A program made the position numbers and the translations under genes. Positions 59,513 to 64,000 of a stretch of 64,000 nt of DNA are shown here, one piece after another. The notes under the pieces were generated by a model that was not told where the DNA came from, ran no database searches, and saw nothing but the letters and a program-made list of their open reading frames with translations. The first letter of the stretch is position 1. Each line of letters starts with the position of its first letter. This DNA is from Kofleriaceae bacterium (GTDB lineage: Bacteria > Myxococcota_A > Polyangia > Haliangiales > Haliangiaceae): NCBI GenBank assembly GCA_041389945.1, contig JAWKQW010000037.1:3770-67769 (forward strand), written 5' to 3'.

Positions 59513-60535
59513 ATGTCCGAGCACGATCTATCCGACCACGCCCACCACCACCGCGACCTGCACGCGGTCGGGTCGTCGGAGCGACGCACCCGGTGGGTCG
59601 TGCTCTTGACGCTGGTGATGATGGTGGCCGAGCTGCTGGTGGGCTGGTGGAGCGGCTCGATGGCGCTCACCGCCGATGGCTGGCACATGGGCACCCACGC
59701 CGGCGCGCTCGGCCTCAGCCTGGTCGCGTACTGGTTCGCGCGCAGCCGCGCCGACGACGACACGTTCAGCTTCGGGACCGGCAAGGTGTACGCGCTGGCG
59801 GCGTACTCGAGCGCGCTGTTCCTGGGCGCGATCGCGGTGTGGATGGCGATCGAAGCGGTGGGGCGGCTGCAGGTCGGGGTGGTGGTCGACTACGAGGACG
59901 CGCTGCCGGTGGCGGTGCTGGGGCTGCTGGTGAACATCGCGTCGGTGGTGCTGCTCGGGCATGGGCACGAGCACGGGCATGGAGAGGAGAGCGGGCACGG
60001 GCACGGGCACGGGCACGGGCACGGGCACGGGCACGGGCACGGAGAGAAGAGCGGGCACGGGCACGGAGAGAAGAAGCAAGGCGACCTCAACCTGCGCGCG
60101 GCGTACGTGCACGTGCTCGCCGATGCGCTCACCAGCGTCTTCGCCATCGCGGCGCTGGTGCTCGGCGCGGTGGCGGGCTGGTGGTTCCTCGATCCGCTGA
60201 TGGGGCTCGTCGGCGGCGCCGTCATCCTGGTGTGGGCGGTGGGGCTCGCGCGCACCGCGGCCCGGCAGCTCCTCGACGTGGTGCCGTCGCCGGATCAGGA
60301 GCGCGCGGTGCGCACGACCCTCGAGCAGATCGACGACGTCCAGATCGCCGATCTCCACGTCTGGGAGATCGGCCCGGGGCGCGCCGGCTGCATCGTCTCG
60401 CTGGTCACCGCGTCGCCGCGCGAGGTCGAGTACTACCAGCGCGCGGTGCGCGAGGCCGTCGACATCGCCCACCTGACCGTCGAGGTCCATCGCTGCGATC
60501 GCGGCCACGGCGGCGGGCGCGAGCGCGCCGCGTGA
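59513..60535 (+). CDS. Cation diffusion facilitator (CzcD/ZitB-like) metal exporter with a His/Gly-rich loop
   Basis: ATG 59513 in the frame of ORF 58931..60535: VMMVAELLVGWWSGSMALTADGWHM, LRAAYVHVLADALTS. Loop HGHEHGHGEESGHGHGHGHGHGHGHGHGEKSGHGHGEKK. Confidence 0.9.
   Translation: MSEHDLSDHAHHHRDLHAVGSSERRTRWVVLLTLVMMVAELLVGWWSGSMALTADGWHMGTHAGALGLSLVAYWFARSRADDDTFSFGTGKVYALAAYSSALFLGAIAVWMAIEAVGRLQVGVVVDYEDALPVAVLGLLVNIASVVLLGHGHEHGHGEESGHGHGHGHGHGHGHGHGEKSGHGHGEKKQGDLNLRAAYVHVLADALTSVFAIAALVLGAVAGWWFLDPLMGLVGGAVILVWAVGLARTAARQLLDVVPSPDQERAVRTTLEQIDDVQIADLHVWEIGPGRAGCIVSLVTASPREVEYYQRAVREAVDIAHLTVEVHRCDRGHGGGRERAA
59993..60040 (+). repeat. Perfect (GGGCAC)8 hexanucleotide microsatellite, coding for (Gly-His)8
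   Basis: Eight uninterrupted gggcac units, counted directly in the sequence. Flanked by related gagcacgggcat.. and ..gagcgggcacgggcacgg. Confidence 0.95.
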
Positions 60536-60707
60536 CGCTCGCCGCCGTGGCCGTCGCGCCGCGCCGCGTCGGAACGGCCGTCGAGATGGCCATTCCGGTG
60601 ACCTGTTCCCTGCTGGGGACGGCTGTCCCCAGCGCCGCCGCGGATGGCGCGCCGCTGGTTCCCGCTAGTTGCACCGAGGTGAGGGGACGTAGGTTCATGC
60701 GTGAACG

Positions 60708-60723
60708 TGGCACACACCCTGCT
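60708..60723 (+). promoter_or_regulatory. Candidate sigma54 (-24/-12) promoter upstream of the GH25 gene
   Basis: TGGCACacaccCTGCT. GG and GC have the canonical spacing (consensus TGGCACG-N4-TTGCW) with one mismatch in the -12 element. It lies 68 nt upstream of ATG 60791. Confidence 0.35.
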
Positions 60724-60790
60724 ACCGTCCGGGGCAGTGCAGGCCCTTCTTCGCGCGCGCGTCGGTGAGTTCGATTTCGGAGGCGGCCGC

Positions 60791-62251
60791 ATGGCCGCGA
60801 TGAGCCCAGCCGCGGGACCGCCGCGACGCCCGCGCCTCGCGCTGGCGACGTCGTTGCTCGCCGCTGGGCTCGGTGGTTGCGTCGGCGCCGACGAGTCGCT
60901 CGATCTCGCGACCATCGAGCAGCGCGCCACGGTGTGTGCCGACGGCCCGACGCTGCTCGGGGTCGACGTCTCGAAGTACCAGACCAACGTGAACTGGGCC
61001 GCGGCCAAGGCCGACGGCGTGTCCTTCGGGTTCGCCCGGGTCTCCGACGGCACCGCCAACGTCGACGCCTACTTCGAGGCCAACTGGGCGGGGATGCGAG
61101 CCAACGGCATCATCCGGGGCGCCTACCAGTACTTTCGCCCGAGCGTGAGCGTGGCTGCCCAGGCCCAGCTGATGCTCGACAAGATCGGCACGCTCGAGCC
61201 CGACGACCTGTCGCCGGTGATCGACGTCGAGACCGCCAGCGGGCTGTCGCCGGGCGAGGTCGCCACCAAGGTCGGCCAGTGGATCGAGATCGTCGAGGCC
61301 GCGACCGGGCGGCGGCCCATCGTGTACACCGGCCGCTACTTCTGGCGCGATCAGGTCGGCGGCGCCAACTTCCTGCCGAGCCCGCTGTGGATCGCGCACT
61401 ACACCTCGGCGGAGTGCCCGACGATCCCCGATCCCTGGAGCGACTGGGCGTTCTGGCAGTACACCGACTCCGGCAGCGTCGACGGCATCGCCGGCGGCGT
61501 CGACGTCAACGTCTTCAACGGCTCGATGGCCGACCTGCTCGCTCTCACCGGCGGCGGCGGCAGTGCCACCTGCGGTGACGGCACCTGCAGCGCCGGCGAG
61601 TCCGTCGACGCCTGCCCGGCGGACTGCCCGCCGTGCGGCGTGATCGCGGCGACCGGCGGCACCATCGACGACGCCGACGCCTGCTTCCTCGCCGGCGGGC
61701 CGCAGCAGTACATCCGCGTGGTCGACGACGCCGGCCAGGGCGGCGGCCTGCGCTGGACCCACACCACCGACGGCGCCGCCGAGGCCAACTACGGCGAGTG
61801 GTCGCTGTACTTCGCCGAGGCCGGTCGCTATCGCGTCGAGGCGTACACCGATCTCGCCTACGCCGAGTCGACCCAGGCGACCTACGACATCGTCCACGAC
61901 GGCGCCACCAGCGAGGTCACGCTCGACCAGACCGCCGTCGACGGCTGGCAGCTGCTGGGCGAGTTCGACTTCGCCGCCGGCGCCCACGATCAACTCGTGC
62001 ACCTCGCCGACAACACCGGCGAGCCCGGCGCCACCGAGACCCGCCTGGTGCTCGACGCCGTGCGGCTGACCCGGCTCGACGCGCCGATCGAAGATCCCGA
62101 CGACGAGGAGGAGCCCGGCGACGACGAGCCCGGCGACGACGACACCGGAGGCTGCAGCGCGGGCGGCAGGTCGTCGGGCGCGGGCTGGTTGCTGGTCGGC
62201 GGCGTGGCGCTGGGGATGCGGCGGCGGCGTCGGTGCGGCGAGCGCGACTAG
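60791..62251 (+). CDS. GH25-family muramidase (lysozyme) lipoprotein with an extra C-terminal domain and a MYXO-CTERM tail
   Basis: ORF 60701..62251, ATG 60791 after GGAGG (..LATSLLAAGLGGC). GVDVSKYQTNVNW, SFGFARVSDG, RGAYQYF, IDVE. Tail GGCSAGGRSSGAGWLLVGGVALGMRRRRR. Confidence 0.88.
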   Translation: MAAMSPAAGPPRRPRLALATSLLAAGLGGCVGADESLDLATIEQRATVCADGPTLLGVDVSKYQTNVNWAAAKADGVSFGFARVSDGTANVDAYFEANWAGMRANGIIRGAYQYFRPSVSVAAQAQLMLDKIGTLEPDDLSPVIDVETASGLSPGEVATKVGQWIEIVEAATGRRPIVYTGRYFWRDQVGGANFLPSPLWIAHYTSAECPTIPDPWSDWAFWQYTDSGSVDGIAGGVDVNVFNGSMADLLALTGGGGSATCGDGTCSAGESVDACPADCPPCGVIAATGGTIDDADACFLAGGPQQYIRVVDDAGQGGGLRWTHTTDGAAEANYGEWSLYFAEAGRYRVEAYTDLAYAESTQATYDIVHDGATSEVTLDQTAVDGWQLLGEFDFAAGAHDQLVHLADNTGEPGATETRLVLDAVRLTRLDAPIEDPDDEEEPGDDEPGDDDTGGCSAGGRSSGAGWLLVGGVALGMRRRRRCGERD

Positions 62252-62274
62252 CGAGGCGAGGCACCGCCCGGAGC

Positions 62275-62304
62275 GGGCACGGCCAGGGGCATGGGCACGG
62301 GCAA
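62275..62304. repeat. Intergenic degenerate GGGCAC-type hexamer tract (5 units)
   Basis: gggcac ggccag gggcat gggcac gggcaa, between the convergent GH25 and FHA-AAA+ genes. Confidence 0.7.
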
Positions 62305-62312
62305 CGCAGCGA

Positions 62313-63365
62313 CTACGCGTCGGTCTCGGGCTTGGTGGTCGTGCGCCGGCGGCGGCCGTCGTCGGCAGCGAGCACCGTCGCCTGCAGCGGGTTGACCGTG
62401 GGGCTGCCCGGCACCTGCGGCGGATAGCCGGCGTCGGCGCCGAGGTCCTCGCCGCGCAGGAGGGTCTTGCCACCCTCCACCGCGCGCCGCGCCGCGCGCT
62501 GCACCGCGCTGATGAGCTCGCGCTCGTTGCCGGGCCACGGGCGCAGCAGGCACGCCTCGACCAGGCTGGCGTGGGCGCCGATCGGATCGGGCTGGCCGTC
62601 GAGGGCGACCGCCACCAGGTAGGCCAGCTCCTCGGGGCGCTCGCGCAGCGGCGCGAGCCGCACCTCGACCTGGCTCAGGCGCCGGGCGAGCTGCGGGTCG
62701 AAGCCGTGCAGCCGATCGAGCTCACCCCAGCACATGGTCACGACCGCGAGGTCGGGGCGCGCGTCCAGCCAGCCGGCGAGGGTGGCCTGGCCGGCCGGCG
62801 TGAGCAGCTGCGGATCCTCGAGCAAGATCGTCACCGCCCCCTGGGGCACCTGGGCCGATGCGCCGAGCTCGGCGCCGAAGATCACCAGCTCGCGGGCGCG
62901 CCGCTGACGCACGTAGCGGTCGGCGACGATGCGCTTGCCCGAGCCCGGCTCGGCGATGATGACCAGGTTCTGGCCGGCGTCGGCGGCGGCGTGGGCCCGC
63001 TCGCCAGCGTGTCGGCTCGACGGGCCGCGCACGACGCCGCCGCTGCGATCGACCTCGCGGCCCTCGAACATGCCGACGTCGGGTACCAGCACCGAGACCG
63101 TGCGCCCGGTGCGGACCACGCACGGCGGCGACACCTGGATCTCGCGATCGACGAGGGCCTGGCCGGCCACGTAGGTGCCGTTGCGGCTGGCGAGATCGGC
63201 GATGAGGAAGTTGGGCTCGTGCGCCGTGACGTGGGCGTGGCGGCGCGAGATGCGATCGTCGTGCAGGCTCGGCGCCAGGCTCGCGAGCAGCTCGCGCCCG
63301 ATGGTGAGGCCCCCCACCGGGATGCGAAACGACAAGAGACACGGTGCGCCGCCGCTCCACACCAT
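62313..63365 (-). CDS. FHA-domain protein with a degenerate sigma54-activator-like AAA+ module (no GAFTGA loop, no HTH)
   Basis: C-terminal part of ORF 62313..63986, ATG 63365. FHA (LTIGRE..ISRRHAHV..ASRNGTYV). Walker A AEPGSGKR, TILLEDPQ, LAPLRERPEEL, WPGNERELISAVQRA. Ends in a disordered tail instead of a Fis-type HTH. Confidence 0.8.
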   Translation of the reverse strand: MVWSGGAPCLLSFRIPVGGLTIGRELLASLAPSLHDDRISRRHAHVTAHEPNFLIADLASRNGTYVAGQALVDREIQVSPPCVVRTGRTVSVLVPDVGMFEGREVDRSGGVVRGPSSRHAGERAHAAADAGQNLVIIAEPGSGKRIVADRYVRQRRARELVIFGAELGASAQVPQGAVTILLEDPQLLTPAGQATLAGWLDARPDLAVVTMCWGELDRLHGFDPQLARRLSQVEVRLAPLRERPEELAYLVAVALDGQPDPIGAHASLVEACLLRPWPGNERELISAVQRAARRAVEGGKTLLRGEDLGADAGYPPQVPGSPTVNPLQATVLAADDGRRRRTTTKPETDA

Positions 63366-63461
63366 GATCAGCCCCGGTACGCGCGCGCTCGTGCTCACTG
63401 CGGCCCCCCTTGCAGGGCCCCAGTATAGGCACGGTCGGGACGGGTGGGGTAGCGTGCGCCG

Positions 63462-64000
63462 GTGAGCAGCCGGGTACGCGCGCTGACCTTCGACGCCGGG
63501 CAGACCCTCGTCGAGCTCGATCCGGTGCTGCTCGGCGCGCGCCTCGGCGAGCGCGGGGTGGCGGTGGCCGCGGCGGCGCTCGAGGAGGCGATCGCGCCGG
63601 CCTGGCTGGCCTACGACGCCGCCGTCGGCACCCCGCGGGCCTGGCACGCGTTCATGGCAGCGACCCTCGAAGGCGCCGGGGTCGCATCGGCCGAGGTGCC
63701 GGCGCTGGTCGACTGGCTGTGGAGCGAGCAGCCCCGCCGGAACCTGTGGCGACGCCCGGTCGCCGGCATGCTCGAGCTGGCCGACGCCGCGCGCGCCGCC
63801 GGCCTGCGAATCGGCGTCATCAGCAACTCCGAGGGGCGCCTCGCCGCGCTGTTCGACGAGCTCGGCTGGGGCGGCCGCTTCGACGACGTGGTCGACTCCG
63901 GCGTGCTCGGCATCGAGAAGCCCGCGCCCGGCATCTTCGAGGCGTCGTTCGCCGCGCTCGGCGTGCGCGCCGACGAGGTCGTCCACATCGGCGATTCCTG
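63462..64000 (+). CDS. HAD-superfamily hydrolase (REG-2-like subgroup), 5' part (runs off the window end)
   Basis: Not in the ORF track because there is no stop in the window. GTG 63462: VSSRVRALTFDAGQTLVELD...LRIGVISNSEGRLAALFDELGW..FDDVVDSGVLGIEKPAPGIFE..VVHIGDS. Confidence 0.7.
   Translation, partial: MSSRVRALTFDAGQTLVELDPVLLGARLGERGVAVAAAALEEAIAPAWLAYDAAVGTPRAWHAFMAATLEGAGVASAEVPALVDWLWSEQPRRNLWRRPVAGMLELADAARAAGLRIGVISNSEGRLAALFDELGWGGRFDDVVDSGVLGIEKPAPGIFEASFAALGVRADEVVHIGDS

Noticed and set aside
59993-60040. GGGCAC repeat tracts considered as a possible CRISPR-like array
   Set aside because: The unit is only 6 nt with no spacers, one tract is plainly coding (Gly-His), and there are no cas genes.
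60613-60632. Hairpin CTGGGGA-cggctg-TCCCCAG about 80 nt after the CDF gene, considered as a terminator
   Set aside because: The 7-bp stem is perfect but no U-tract follows, and it lies well downstream of the stop. This is too weak to call.

Overview
About 72% GC, with no rRNA, tRNA, CRISPR array or transposase/integrase that I can recognise. The content points to Myxococcota: two MYXO-CTERM (GC...RRR) sorting tails, Myxococcus-type cysteine-rich repeats, a PEGA Ser/Thr kinase, FHA-sigma54 activators and many lipoproteins.

Only a minority of the six-frame ORFs are real. At this GC every gene throws long Arg/Ala/Gly/Pro-rich shadow ORFs, so I called genes from motifs, amino-acid composition and third-codon-position GC.

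I call about 60 genes, in these groups:
- Chaperone operon (minus strand): PilZ-like J-protein, short-lid Hsp70, ABC ATPase, GNAT.
- Receiver-domain proteins.
- hemE-hemY-lipoprotein-Rsm22 chain, plus a separate HemJ.
- SGNH hydrolase and PP2C phosphatase.
- TRAP transporter.
- Orphan beta-class DNA methyltransferase, and dinB.
- DHH phosphoesterase, M1 aminopeptidase, FHA-sigma54 activator coupled to a PLP decarboxylase.
- PEGA kinase with a divergent lipoprotein operon.
- DUF3570/DUF4266 pair and a TauE exporter.
- A SUKH (SMI1/KNR4) immunity-type cassette flanked by a duplicated gene end.
- DUF2330 and GH25 proteins with MYXO-CTERM tails.
- kup, a LIV-type ABC importer, ybaK and a CDF exporter with a (GH)8 loop.

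The most striking thing seen directly in the sequence is that about 18 recognisable genes need one to many reading-frame switches to be read. These switches cluster densely at 37.6-51.3 kb, while stretches of 7-9 kb elsewhere are clean. That is either consensus indel error or clustered gene decay, and it limits every coordinate given for those genes.

I found no complete, clearly novel multi-gene system. The best candidates for follow-up are the PilZ-J/Hsp70/ABC/GNAT operon, the SUKH cassette insertion, the methyltransferase locus with head-on truncated genes, and the sigma54-type promoter/GH25/GAFTGA-less FHA-AAA+ locus.
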